Shown: positions 46,662 to 55,934 of the stretch, piece after piece
How the letters are laid out: every line of letters begins with the position of its first letter
Numbering within the stretch: the stretch's first letter is position 1
From: a virus
Taxonomy: Duplodnaviria > Caudoviricetes
Direction: 5' to 3' (one strand)
IMG/VR virus record: IMGVR_UViG_3300027533_000013
Coordinates: 32,001 to 96,000 of that record
DNA: 64,000 bases
The notes under the pieces: generated by a model
Database searches by the model: none
Told to the model about the DNA's origin: nothing
The model's input: the letters and a program-made list of their open reading frames with translations, nothing else
Made by a program: the position numbers and the translations under genes

Positions 46662-47849
46662 GTGTTGACATTCGACGTGGCATTCAAAGCGCATCTGCCG
46701 TTTATCGGCATCCACACGGATGATCCGGTGAATGTGAAGACGGTGCTCCAATTTATGAGTGGTAAGGCATTCATGCCGTTGCCCACCGCCAAAAATGCCC
46801 CGATTGGGGACATGTATCTATGGTTCACGGAAGATATGACACAGGTGACCGTGGACATGTATCGGAAGCTCTGTGCGGCCACCGCGTCAGCGGTTGTCAT
46901 CAACCCAGACAAGTCGTCGTCACTGGTGTATGACACCGGCACGTTGCTGGTCCCGTCCGTGTTCCATATGGATTATCTGGCCCAGTTCGTGGAAAAGGAT
47001 CAGATCCCTGTTATTGCTCAGCAATTGAAGGGTTTGTCGCTGAAAACGGCTCAAGAGGTCGTGCAGTTGACGATGGCCCGAGTGCAGTCAATTGCACCGC
47101 AAGAGGTCCGGAAGACCCGGCAGATGATGGGTGGGGAGACCCCCGGTCTGACCCAGCTTGACACGGACTACGACTTCTACGAGTGGCCAGCCGCCCTACA
47201 GGAGTGGTTGAACCTGAATGATCCATACTTCCTTGATGTGAACACGCCACAGGTGTTGCAGCCCCGTGGCCTGTTGCTGGCCGGGGAGGCAGGCACGGGT
47301 AAGAGCATGGCGGCACGGGTGCTGGCGAAGCACTGGGACGTGCCCTTGTTCCGTCTGGATGTCTCGACCAGCCTGAACCGGTATCTCGGAGAATCCGAGA
47401 GCCGCATCGCCAGAAACCTGAACGTCATCGAGCAGAACGCGCCGTGTGTCTGGTTGCTGGACGAAGCCGAGAAGTTGTTCAACACGCAGGGCGACGAAGG
47501 CACGACTCAGCGTATCCTGAGTCAGATGCTCTGGTGGTTGCAGGAGCATCGGTCCAGAGTCCTGACCATCATGACGACCAACAATCTGGAGGTCATCCCG
47601 AAGGAGTTGTATCGAGCGGAGCGGCTGGATAAGGTGCTCCATCTCGAAAAGCTCTCCTTGTCGGCGGCGAAGCAGTTTGCCGCAAAAGTCTACGAATCGG
47701 TGGTGCAGTCGCCGCTACCGATCAAGAGACAGAAGGTGATCCGGGATTTGCTGGACAAGGGTGACAAGGGCACGTATGCTCACGCCGAAGTGCGGGTGCT
47801 GGTCTACGAGCTTGTGAAAAAGAGTGGGTGGTTGGACCCGGAGAAATGA
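46662..47849 (+). CDS. AAA+ ATPase (Ycf46-like)
   Basis: GLLLAGEAGTGKS, YLGESE, PCVWLLDEAEK, MTTN, R..RLD. Confidence 0.85.
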   Translation: MLTFDVAFKAHLPFIGIHTDDPVNVKTVLQFMSGKAFMPLPTAKNAPIGDMYLWFTEDMTQVTVDMYRKLCAATASAVVINPDKSSSLVYDTGTLLVPSVFHMDYLAQFVEKDQIPVIAQQLKGLSLKTAQEVVQLTMARVQSIAPQEVRKTRQMMGGETPGLTQLDTDYDFYEWPAALQEWLNLNDPYFLDVNTPQVLQPRGLLLAGEAGTGKSMAARVLAKHWDVPLFRLDVSTSLNRYLGESESRIARNLNVIEQNAPCVWLLDEAEKLFNTQGDEGTTQRILSQMLWWLQEHRSRVLTIMTTNNLEVIPKELYRAERLDKVLHLEKLSLSAAKQFAAKVYESVVQSPLPIKRQKVIRDLLDKGDKGTYAHAEVRVLVYELVKKSGWLDPEK

Positions 47850-48160
47850 CCATGAAAATGCCTGACGAATTGATTGCAGCAACCAAGAAAGCGTTGCGGA
47901 GTCTCGATGCGTCACATGTCTACGTGGGCATCGTCGGTAATCATCCCGTAGACGAGGCACGCATTCAATTTCTGATTGAGTTGGGGCACTGTGTGTTGAC
48001 CGGGAAGACGATTGTCATTCCGGTGCCCTATGGCATGGATGTGCCGCCGAAGTTGGCAGCGGTGGCAGATCGAATTGTCCGGTATGACCCGAACCGCATA
48101 GAGACGCTGGAGCACAATCTTGCGGTGGCCTTGACGGAGATGGGAATCAACCGGCAATGA
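47846..48160 (+). CDS. hypothetical protein, possibly nucleoside deoxyribosyltransferase-like fold
   Basis: IELGHCVLTGKTIVI resembles the E.G.A...GKP motif; weak. Confidence 0.4.
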   Translation: MTMKMPDELIAATKKALRSLDASHVYVGIVGNHPVDEARIQFLIELGHCVLTGKTIVIPVPYGMDVPPKLAAVADRIVRYDPNRIETLEHNLAVALTEMGINRQ

Positions 48161-48164
48161 CCAC

Positions 48165-48193
48165 TTGACAAACGAAATGCCCAGTGCTATTCT
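48165..48193 (+). promoter_or_regulatory. sigma70-like promoter
   Basis: TTGACA-17-TATTCT with TG extension. Confidence 0.7.
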
Positions 48194-48232
48194 ACTGACC
48201 GGGCAAATTAGCCCAGTCAATGGAGTGAAACG

Positions 48233-48883
48233 ATGAGTGAACTGTTACGTTACGTCGGAAGTCGCAACGAATATCTGGACATCGCTACCCGTGGCGGGGG
48301 TGTCACAGCCGAAGGTGTGTCGCCACCGGACGAATTCTTGGGCATCAGTGCGGACTACGCAATCCACCCGAAAGGTGTGGGGTGTCTGATTATCCGATTC
48401 GTGGTCCATGGCGCAGGTGCCAACCCGAAGAATTACAAGCATCTGACTTATCGGGAGTCGGCCAAGTTCTTGATCCGGGCCACGAAGACGACCGGAGCGG
48501 AACTGTTCAAGGGCTACCGGCTCAACAAGATCGCCATCCCTGTCTTCCAGCCGCCCGTGCGGCCACAGGAAGTGGAGAAGTTCGCGGAGAAGCTCAACGT
48601 ATGGGCGTTGGTGGAAGCGTGGATCGTGGAGACCGTGCAGGCCGAAGGATTTGTTCTGGTCGCCCCGGATCTTCAGAGTGTGCTTCGCCTGATGGTGTGT
48701 GGAGAATCCACCCCGGAAGATGCCGTCAAATCGGTGATTGAATTTCCGAACTTGAGTGCTCCGGAACAGCAAGCGTTCGCAAACTCACAGGCGCAGAAGC
48801 CTGAAGAGGACGAGGAAGATCCGGACAAGGAAGATCCGGACGAAGATGACGACGACGCGAAAGAAAAGGACTGGCTGAACTAA
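48233..48883 (+). CDS. hypothetical protein with acidic tail
   Basis: GGAG RBS; 216 aa. Confidence 0.65.
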   Translation: MSELLRYVGSRNEYLDIATRGGGVTAEGVSPPDEFLGISADYAIHPKGVGCLIIRFVVHGAGANPKNYKHLTYRESAKFLIRATKTTGAELFKGYRLNKIAIPVFQPPVRPQEVEKFAEKLNVWALVEAWIVETVQAEGFVLVAPDLQSVLRLMVCGESTPEDAVKSVIEFPNLSAPEQQAFANSQAQKPEEDEEDPDKEDPDEDDDDAKEKDWLN

Positions 48884-48886
48884 CCT

Positions 48887-49174
48887 ATGGCAACAGCAAC
48901 GGCTGAGAAAGCAGTAGCGCATTGCAAGTATTGTGGGAAGGAACAGGATATCGCAGGGATGACCAGTTTCGTGCGATTGTCCTGTAATCACACCATGATT
49001 GAGAAGGGCGAGTCTTTTTACAAGCTGGCGTTAGACACGGCGCGTTTGGATTACGCAGCCGCGAAAGAACGTCTGGCCCAGAAGCAGAAAGAACTGGCTG
49101 AGTTGGAGAAAGAAATCAACCAACTCAACCGAGTCATCATCGAGTTGGGTTGTTTACTAGGAGAGGGGGAGTGA
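48887..49174 (+). CDS. Zn-finger + coiled-coil protein
   Basis: CKYC..CNH followed by heptads. Confidence 0.55.
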   Translation: MATATAEKAVAHCKYCGKEQDIAGMTSFVRLSCNHTMIEKGESFYKLALDTARLDYAAAKERLAQKQKELAELEKEINQLNRVIIELGCLLGEGE

Positions 49175-49989
49175 TGGCACAGAAACTATCGCTGGCAGAT
49201 AGGCTGCTAGCGAAGCTCGGGAAGCTCGGTGTTTCCCAGCGAAAAGCAAAAGAGTTGGCCAAGGGTTTGGCACCTACGGCGGCTCGACAGACGGTCTCAG
49301 GCACGGTGACTGGCAAGCTGGAAGCCCGTCTTCTGAAGCTGGGACTGACTGAGCGGAAGGCCAAGGAGCTAGCCAAGGGTCTGGCTCCGCTGGTCAGGGC
49401 GTCCATCAAGGGCAAGGTCAAGAAGGCGGCGAAGACGCTGGACGACGTGTCTGATCAGGACGTGAACGAGACGGTAGACGAAGCGGTGGATGAGGCCGAG
49501 GATGCCGAACTGGACAAGGTGGCCCCGAGGGTAAACGGGCACCGTGTCAGGCTCGACCTACCGGTGGTGACCCGGTCCCAGTGGCAGCACGCGCCCACCA
49601 AGGGTGTCGAGTTGCTGAGGGTCATGGATGGCCTGTCCACCAGTCGGACCTACCTTGTGGCGTCTGTCAAGAGCGAGACGGGCATCGTGGCGGTACGCCA
49701 GTTGAACAGTGACTGGTATAACGTCAAGTTCTACCCGACGATGGCGTTCTGGAACAAGACGCGGCAGGAACTGACGGATCTGGGAGGTCAGGACTTCCTG
49801 TCTCGGGAGTGGTATGAGCGGTGCCATTGCAGTCCCCGTGCGTTGGAGCGGGTGCTGGGCCAGTTGGAAATCGATGGGAAGCCGAAGTCACGGATGACAC
49901 GACTCATCGACCGGTTCAAGACGGTGGCGGCGAAGCCATTGATCAGGGCGTTCGATTACCTGCACAAGCGGGTGTCCACCGCCGCGTAG
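49174..49989 (+). CDS. hypothetical protein with a duplicated basic helical repeat
   Basis: KLG[VL][ST][QE]RKAKELAKGLAP occurs twice. Confidence 0.6.
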   Translation: MAQKLSLADRLLAKLGKLGVSQRKAKELAKGLAPTAARQTVSGTVTGKLEARLLKLGLTERKAKELAKGLAPLVRASIKGKVKKAAKTLDDVSDQDVNETVDEAVDEAEDAELDKVAPRVNGHRVRLDLPVVTRSQWQHAPTKGVELLRVMDGLSTSRTYLVASVKSETGIVAVRQLNSDWYNVKFYPTMAFWNKTRQELTDLGGQDFLSREWYERCHCSPRALERVLGQLEIDGKPKSRMTRLIDRFKTVAAKPLIRAFDYLHKRVSTAA

Positions 49990-49993
49990 TTAT

Positions 49994-50103
49994 GTGGGGA
50001 TAGCTCAGAGTAGAGCACCGGATCGAAGTAACAGCAAGTAGGGTCATGAACCGAACGCTATGAAAACATCCGGAGGTCATAGGTCAACGCCCTATTCCCC
50101 ACT
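49994..50103 (+). tRNA. tRNA-like RNA (Phe-like) with a 46-nt expanded anticodon loop
   Basis: Acceptor GTGGGGA/TCCCCAC, D-arm GCTC/GAGC, anticodon stem CCGGA/TCCGG, AGGTC, T-stem ATAGG/CCTAT; non-canonical T-loop. Confidence 0.55.
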
Positions 50104-50165
50104 CTCCATCTCGGCGTGAGTCGCTGGGTAAGTACGGCCCATCCACTCACGGTAAGTACCGTCTG

Positions 50166-50197
50166 GCACCGAACGGTCGAGATTCGGTGCATTTTTC
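50166..50197 (+). terminator. rho-independent terminator
   Basis: GCACCGAA..TTCGGTGC followed by ATTTTT. Confidence 0.55.
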
Positions 50198-50370
50198 TGG
50201 AGTCTTATGGTTCTGGTCAAACCAAGACGATGCCGATTCTGTGGCAGTGTGTCATATCCACCCGCCACGTATATTCACCACAAGTCCAAGTGTCTGGTAA
50301 TGAAAAAGAAGGGCCGTAAGAGTGTCTTCACGGTGAGCGGTGGACGACCCGAGAGTGGCCGGAGGAAGTT

Positions 50371-50568
50371 TTGATGTTCTCCAAGATGCCGTTGAAGTGT
50401 TGCATCTGCGGTGTGGACTACGAAGCCTCTGTCACCGCCCGGTGGCAGAAGTTCACGGCGGGTGTGTGCGGCGAAGATTGTTTTGACGAGAAGAACTGGC
50501 GACGAACCCTGTCCATCATGGGGAAGACCTATTACCCACGTCCTGTGAGGAATAATGACCCAGCTTGA
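50371..50568 (+). CDS. small Cys-rich protein
   Basis: GGAGG RBS; CCIC..CGEDC. Confidence 0.5.
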   Translation: MMFSKMPLKCCICGVDYEASVTARWQKFTAGVCGEDCFDEKNWRRTLSIMGKTYYPRPVRNNDPA

Positions 50569-51460
50569 AGGTATGAAGGTGGCCGGGGATATTGTGGCGT
50601 GGGCACTGCTGTCTCGGATTATCGAAGTGTCGGCCCAGCCTAACGTATACTGGATCGCCAAGACTCGCGTGCAATGGATGGCCGAAACGGGCTTGACGCT
50701 CAAGCAATACAACCGGTGCATCCGGGTGCTGGAGAAGAAGAATCTGATTATCGTCAAAATTATGAAACACGAGGGCCTAACTATGACCCACGTGAGGATG
50801 GGACCATCCCATTGTTCCCAAAGGGAACAACCAAATCGATTCATTAAATACATTGATCACAGTAAAGAAGTATTAAAGAAAGAAAGTGATCAATGTATTG
50901 GCGATGCAAGCATCGCCAGAGCAGGAGAGTTAGTATCAATAGAGCACGGGGGTATAGAAGAAGGGAATAAGGAGAATAAAGAGAAGGAAGGGAATAAGGA
51001 GAATACGGGGTGGTTAATGAAAGCCACAGAAGTATTGAAGAACCATAAGGGTGGTGGAGTAGAAGGGAGTTTGGAGGCGTACTGGAAGTCCCGGTGTGCC
51101 CTCGTCTCCAATGAGTATCAGCGTCCCCTGACTGGGAAGGAGCGCGGACAATTGAAGCAGTTGTCCAAGTATTTGGGGATCGAGACGAAACCCGTGATTG
51201 CGTATGCGGTGGAGCACTGGTTGAAATTCAGCACGCACGCAGCCATTTCGGCGGGGACGGTAGGGGCTGAGAGCCCCCATATTGGATTTTTGTTGAAGTA
51301 CCATGCGGTGGCAATGAATTTGCTTCACCCTGTTGAGAAGCCACCGGTCGTGGCGGAACTACCCGTGCAATCAATTGCACCGGTCGCGGAGAAAGTGGAA
51401 GTCCATGCAATTTCTCTGAAGGAGTTGGAGGAAATGCTGGACGGACTGAAATCTCCGTGA
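50555..51460 (+). CDS. putative replication initiator (winged-HTH N-terminus)
   Basis: WIAKTRVQWMAETGLTLKQYNRCIRVLEKKNLI HTH; low-complexity linker; precedes loader and helicase. Confidence 0.65.
   Translation: MTQLEGMKVAGDIVAWALLSRIIEVSAQPNVYWIAKTRVQWMAETGLTLKQYNRCIRVLEKKNLIIVKIMKHEGLTMTHVRMGPSHCSQREQPNRFIKYIDHSKEVLKKESDQCIGDASIARAGELVSIEHGGIEEGNKENKEKEGNKENTGWLMKATEVLKNHKGGGVEGSLEAYWKSRCALVSNEYQRPLTGKERGQLKQLSKYLGIETKPVIAYAVEHWLKFSTHAAISAGTVGAESPHIGFLLKYHAVAMNLLHPVEKPPVVAELPVQSIAPVAEKVEVHAISLKELEEMLDGLKSP
50797..51005. repeat. candidate replication origin inside the initiator gene
   Basis: Inverted repeats TTGTTCCC/GGGAACAA (50812-50830) and TGGCGATGC/GCATCGCCA (50899-50918); AT-rich tract; GAAGGGAATAAGGAGAATA at 50960 and 50987. 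Confidence 0.45.
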
Positions 51461-52008
51461 AGGAGCCAAACGTGACCCTCGGAATGCTAGACGCGAAGGA
51501 GCATGATCGGATTATTGCCGACTTCGAACAGGTGTGTACCACGGCGGGGATTCAGGGCCATTTCATGTATGAATCCGCCAAGAAGTATTGTGGACCTATC
51601 GAGGTCGATTGGATCACCAAGTTCTGGGCCTACAAGGCACACGGGTGCCCCGGTCTGGTGCTGCATGGGGTGACCAAGCCGGATACACGCTGCCAGTCGA
51701 TTGCGGCGGCATTGGTGCGGAACTACGTCGATGCACGGGTGATTCCGTTGAACACGTTGATTGAGAGCATGATGAATGGTGGGACGGCCCCGGCACCCAC
51801 CGTGTTGCTCATCCCGAACCTTTACATGCTGGCGATGAGCAAGAACGTCCCGCCGTGGCGGATTCAGGTGATGTACGACCTGTTGCTGGAACGAGCCATC
51901 AAGAACAAGCCAACCGTGGTGTATGTGGAGGACGTGAAGGGATTGACGTCAATGTATGGCGCTCCGTTCGCGGATTTTCTCAGCCGGTTCACGCTGGTGG
52001 AAAAGTAA
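51457..52008 (+). CDS. DnaC/IstB-like helicase loader (degenerate Walker motifs)
   Basis: GLVLHG, VLLIPNL, YDLLLERAIKNKPTVV; lies between initiator and DnaB. Confidence 0.55.
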   Translation: MKEPNVTLGMLDAKEHDRIIADFEQVCTTAGIQGHFMYESAKKYCGPIEVDWITKFWAYKAHGCPGLVLHGVTKPDTRCQSIAAALVRNYVDARVIPLNTLIESMMNGGTAPAPTVLLIPNLYMLAMSKNVPPWRIQVMYDLLLERAIKNKPTVVYVEDVKGLTSMYGAPFADFLSRFTLVEK

Positions 52009-52463
52009 TGAATTTGGGGAATAAAAATGCGCTGAAACATGGAATGACGCGCACTTACACACATCGATCATGGCAGGCAATGAGAGCACGATGTTTGTGG
52101 AAGCCACCACTACATTCTTCACCAAGGAAACAGGTGATATTTGCCTTGTATTCCAAGTTGGGCATTTGTGAACGGTGGATGGTGTTCGCTAATTTTCTGG
52201 CTGACATGGGTGAGAGACCAGCGGGTGCCACGTTAGACCGCATTGACAATGAAAAGGGTTATGAACCGGGAAATTGTCGATGGGCGACTAATTCTCAACA
52301 ACAACGTAACAAACGGACCACAAAAATTTTGGAATTCGGGGGAAAGATGCAGTCTTTACCAGAATGGGCAGACGAAATTGGTGTGCGTAGAGATATCTTG
52401 ACCCACCGTTTACGTCTAGGCTGGAGTGTTGAACGCACCTTAACAACTCCTGTAGGAAAGTAG
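52008..52463 (+). mobile_element. HNH homing endonuclease
   Basis: KHGM..SWQAMRARC, ICERW..F.NFLADMGERP..TLDRIDNEKGYEPGNCRWAT..Q.RN. Confidence 0.85.
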
Positions 52464-52469
52464 GTTCAT

Positions 52470-53759
52470 TTGGCCTACGCACTCGGAACCAAAGTTGTCA
52501 AAAAATTGTGCGAAGAACAGAACCACATCGGGTGGCAGAAGGCCAAGCTGTCACCCGCCCTTTTTAAGCCCTACGAGCAGCCGCTGTTCGCATGGACCCA
52601 AGACCATCTGAAGCAACACCATGTCCTGCCCCATGTCGAGACACTGCAAGCGCAGTTCCCGGATGTGGGAGCTGTGGAGACGGTCGAACCATCGAGTTAC
52701 TACATCGCGTTGCTGGAGAATCAGTTTTACTACGATACGCTCAATAAAACCCAACTGAAGTCGCAAGAGATTCTGAAGGACGACCAGAACAACCATCTAC
52801 TGGCTGTTGAAACCTTGCGACATGGCATCCGAGAGATTACCGAACAGAAGTATCGCAGCCGCATACTGGATGTAGGAAAAGAAGCAGGACCACTTGTTCT
52901 GAAGGCGTACTACCAAGCCAACACCGTCGAGCATGTCGGGGCCTTTGGGTGGCCCTATATGGACCTGCAAAGCGGTGGGGTGATGCCGGGGGACGTGATC
53001 AGCTTCGTGGGGCGACCAGCCGTAGGCAAGACGTGGTTGACCCTCTGGACGGCTCTCCACAACTGGATGGTGCAGCAGTTGAACATTCTCTACGTGAGCA
53101 TGGAGATGATGACGCTGCCCATCGCGCAGCGAATCACGGCGCTCTACACCAAGCAGAACATCAACCAATTGAAGATGGGGGGCTACAGCACCCAGACCAT
53201 GGCGAAGTTCTACAAGGGATTGCAGGCGATGGTGAGTGAGAAGGCCAAGATGTATGTGGTGGATGGAAATCTGGCCACCAATGCGGAAGACCTGTTTGAG
53301 TTAGCGGCGATGCTGGAGTGTCGAGTCGTTTTCATTGATGGGGCCTACCTCCTACGCCACCGCAACATCCGACTAGATCGATTCAGTCGTGCCGCAGAGA
53401 ACGTGGAACTCATCAAGCGATTCTGCACCGATCAGGAGATGATGGCCTTCTGCTCGTGGCAGTTCAACCGTGAAGCGAGTAAGAAGCAGAAGAAGGGTGG
53501 CGGCGACCACGGAGACTTGGAAGATATCGGCTATTCAGATGCCATCGGGCAAATTAGTAGCATTGCCTTGTCACTCTTCCAAGAAGAATCGGTCGAGACG
53601 ATGAAGCACCGGAAGGTGCAAGTCATGAAGGGACGGAATGGAGAGGTTGGGCAGTTCCAGATTGCGTGGGACTTCTTGAACATGACGTTTCATCAAACCG
53701 ATCCCGCACCGGGTGTCACGAAAGATGACAACGAGAACCTGAAACTCCAATGGGTGTGA
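52470..53759 (+). CDS. dnaB: DnaB-like replicative helicase
   Basis: GRPAVGKT, YVSMEM, VFIDGAYL, QFNRE, IGYSDAIGQ, KGRNGE. Confidence 0.9.
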   Translation: MAYALGTKVVKKLCEEQNHIGWQKAKLSPALFKPYEQPLFAWTQDHLKQHHVLPHVETLQAQFPDVGAVETVEPSSYYIALLENQFYYDTLNKTQLKSQEILKDDQNNHLLAVETLRHGIREITEQKYRSRILDVGKEAGPLVLKAYYQANTVEHVGAFGWPYMDLQSGGVMPGDVISFVGRPAVGKTWLTLWTALHNWMVQQLNILYVSMEMMTLPIAQRITALYTKQNINQLKMGGYSTQTMAKFYKGLQAMVSEKAKMYVVDGNLATNAEDLFELAAMLECRVVFIDGAYLLRHRNIRLDRFSRAAENVELIKRFCTDQEMMAFCSWQFNREASKKQKKGGGDHGDLEDIGYSDAIGQISSIALSLFQEESVETMKHRKVQVMKGRNGEVGQFQIAWDFLNMTFHQTDPAPGVTKDDNENLKLQWV

Positions 53760-54163
53760 AGTTCAAGCCGAAGCCTACGAAGGGCACGCTCGTAATCACT
53801 CCAGCCGCCCAGAAGGCGTTGCACAAGGGCAAGCCGAAGACTGTGGCCGAGACGTTGGCCATGCTGGAGGCGATTTATTGGAAAGAGGTTGCGAGAGCGA
53901 AGACCGTCGCCCGACTACTGGCAGGACTACATGGCACGGTGACATCTCGTGAAGTGGTAGCCTATATGATTGCGGAAGGAACATTTACTCCCGGTCCTGA
54001 TACCGCAGAACACTGGATTAGTGCAGTGTGGCGAGAAAAGAGTCACGGACTCAAGGTGTGGGAAGACACGGGTGAGTGGCGATTCGGGAAATCAACTAAG
54101 ACACAAGGCGGTAAACGTAGTGGAAAGGTATGGAGACTGAGGAAACTACCGTGGATGACGTAG
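53750..54163 (+). CDS. hypothetical protein, possibly DNA-binding
   Basis: Basic 137 aa; overlaps the helicase stop. Confidence 0.5.
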   Translation: MGVKFKPKPTKGTLVITPAAQKALHKGKPKTVAETLAMLEAIYWKEVARAKTVARLLAGLHGTVTSREVVAYMIAEGTFTPGPDTAEHWISAVWREKSHGLKVWEDTGEWRFGKSTKTQGGKRSGKVWRLRKLPWMT

Positions 54164-54363
54164 ACACGGGTGAAAAAGAGGTAGATATGATCATGACCTG
54201 TCCGACGTGTGGGTTGGTGATTGTGGCGAAGGGGAAGCTGAACCCAAACGGCACGACCACCATGACCACGACGTGTTTCAAGTGTTTGCGGTTGTATACG
54301 GTGACGGTTGATTCACAGACGTTGCAACCCGTAGCACCGCTTGACAAACGACTGACTGGATGA
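54130..54363 (+). CDS. small Zn-ribbon protein
   Basis: CPTC..CFKC. Confidence 0.45.
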   Translation: METEETTVDDVDTGEKEVDMIMTCPTCGLVIVAKGKLNPNGTTTMTTTCFKCLRLYTVTVDSQTLQPVAPLDKRLTG

Positions 54364-54369
54364 TACCGT
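54341..54369 (+). promoter_or_regulatory. sigma70-like promoter
   Basis: TTGACA-17-TACCGT with TG extension. Confidence 0.6.
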
Positions 54370-54388
54370 AGCGACACCAAGGAGTGGC

Positions 54389-54829
54389 ATGTTTTCCAGA
54401 ACGATCTGTGATTGTCCTCAGTGTCAGAAGTGTTGCCATGTCCAACCCGGCCACCTCTTGCCGGGGCAGATGGAGAAGATTGCCGACTACCTGAAGCAGA
54501 CCATCGAGGAAGTGAAACAGTTCTTCTGGGCGTCACCGGGGGCGCTCGTGCAGAGTGCTAAGACCGGGATACAGTTTCGTATTGGCACTATCACGCCTAA
54601 GTTCGATAAGCACAAGAAAGCCTGTGTGTTCCTGAGTGATGAGGGCAAGTGCCGCATCCATGCCGAAGCCCCGTATGGATGTGCGTTCTTCGATGCGTGT
54701 AAGATGAGTGCGGCTGAAGGTCAGAAGCGTGCTGTGTGGGGGATGCAGCAGATTATGGTCGATGAGGACTACAAAGCACTTCGCAATAGTTTACCGTTTG
54801 CCGAGTCGTATCACCCCAAAGGCTACTAA
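54389..54829 (+). CDS. YkgJ/CxxCxxCC cysteine-cluster protein
   Basis: CPQCQKCC..CVFL...GKCRIH...PYGC. Confidence 0.75.
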   Translation: MFSRTICDCPQCQKCCHVQPGHLLPGQMEKIADYLKQTIEEVKQFFWASPGALVQSAKTGIQFRIGTITPKFDKHKKACVFLSDEGKCRIHAEAPYGCAFFDACKMSAAEGQKRAVWGMQQIMVDEDYKALRNSLPFAESYHPKGY

Positions 54830-54831
54830 CC

Positions 54832-55311
54832 ATGGCGTTGAAGATCATATCGAAGCTGGAAGTCTCTCCAGTCATCGAGCCGGTGGCGGAACCGCAGAAG
54901 GTGCTGGTTCAGACCCCGACCTCAAATGTCGAGGCGATGACGATGGAATACATCGAGCTATACCGGAAATACACCTATTTCGAAGTCAAGGACATGGTCA
55001 AACGGATGGACGATATCCGGAAGCAGTTACAGACCGTGGCCAACGAGACGATGGACGACAAGAAACCGGCCATCTTCACGTGTGCCGAGGGTGAGGTGGA
55101 ATTCTCGGAGCGAGGCACCAAGACCGAGGTGCCGAATCCGCTATTGCTGGTGAAAGTGTTGCTCGACAAGTTTGGGCCAGAAGCTACTGCTACTGCCGTG
55201 GATATCGCACTGGGACCATTGCGGAAGTTGCTCAGTGAGCACGAACTGAAGAACTACTTGACGGAAGTCCCCGGAGGGCGCACGCTGAAATCTGTACGTC
55301 CAATCGGCTAG
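54832..55311 (+). CDS. hypothetical protein
   Basis: 159 aa, coiled-coil N-terminal half. Confidence 0.6.
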   Translation: MALKIISKLEVSPVIEPVAEPQKVLVQTPTSNVEAMTMEYIELYRKYTYFEVKDMVKRMDDIRKQLQTVANETMDDKKPAIFTCAEGEVEFSERGTKTEVPNPLLLVKVLLDKFGPEATATAVDIALGPLRKLLSEHELKNYLTEVPGGRTLKSVRPIG

Positions 55312-55324
55312 CCAAGGAGGCACC

Positions 55325-55507
55325 GTGGGATTGCTGCAACTGATCATGATTTTGCTCGGGGTGGGGGCGTTGCTCTGGCTCGTGGAGACCGCACCATTCA
55401 TCTCGGCCACGATGAAGCCCATCATTCGGTGGGTGATCGTCGCCATCGTGATTTTGTGGCTCATTGCTTTGTTCGTCGGGGATATTCCGTTACCCATTCG
55501 GAGATGA
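55325..55507 (+). CDS. small two-TM membrane protein
   Basis: AAGGAGG RBS; two hydrophobic helices. Confidence 0.65.
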   Translation: MGLLQLIMILLGVGALLWLVETAPFISATMKPIIRWVIVAIVILWLIALFVGDIPLPIRR

Positions 55508-55740
55508 TGCAAGACGATGTCGCGATGGTGGGGTGGACGATTTATTATCGTCCACTCGACTTCCCTGACCACTTTGCCGTTCGCATGTGGATGGTGGGTG
55601 AGGGGTCAGAATTGATCTGGCGCAACATCGCGTGTGTGTGTCGGACGCTGGAGGAAGCCCGAGAACAAGTTCCGACTGGCACGGTCTGTATGCCGCGTGA
55701 AGACGAAGATGATCCCGTGATTGTGGAAAGCTGGATATGA
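55504..55740 (+). CDS. hypothetical protein
   Basis: WTIY..P.DFPDHFAVR..TLEEAR..P..R...DDPVIVESW. Confidence 0.6.
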   Translation: MMQDDVAMVGWTIYYRPLDFPDHFAVRMWMVGEGSELIWRNIACVCRTLEEAREQVPTGTVCMPREDEDDPVIVESWI

Positions 55741-55934
55741 CCCAACGGCAGAAGGATGCCGCCAAGGCGTGGTGGGCCGAACGGAAAGCTAAGGGATTGT
55801 TCGTGCCGAAGCGCACAAAAGCTGAGAAGCGTCAGCGAGAGAATGTGGCACAGATGGCGAGACACAAGGCCAATCCAGAAATTCGACGTGCGCGTGATCG
55901 AGCACGCTATCATCGAAAGAAACATGACGGCTGA
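55737..55934 (+). CDS. small basic hypothetical protein
   Basis: ATGA overlap; Arg/Lys-rich. Confidence 0.45.
   Translation: MTQRQKDAAKAWWAERKAKGLFVPKRTKAEKRQRENVAQMARHKANPEIRRARDRARYHRKKHDG

Noticed and set aside
51855-52007. Upstream extension of the HNH ORF in the track
   Set aside because: It overlaps the loader gene; the TAATG-coupled ATG at 52008 is the more plausible start.
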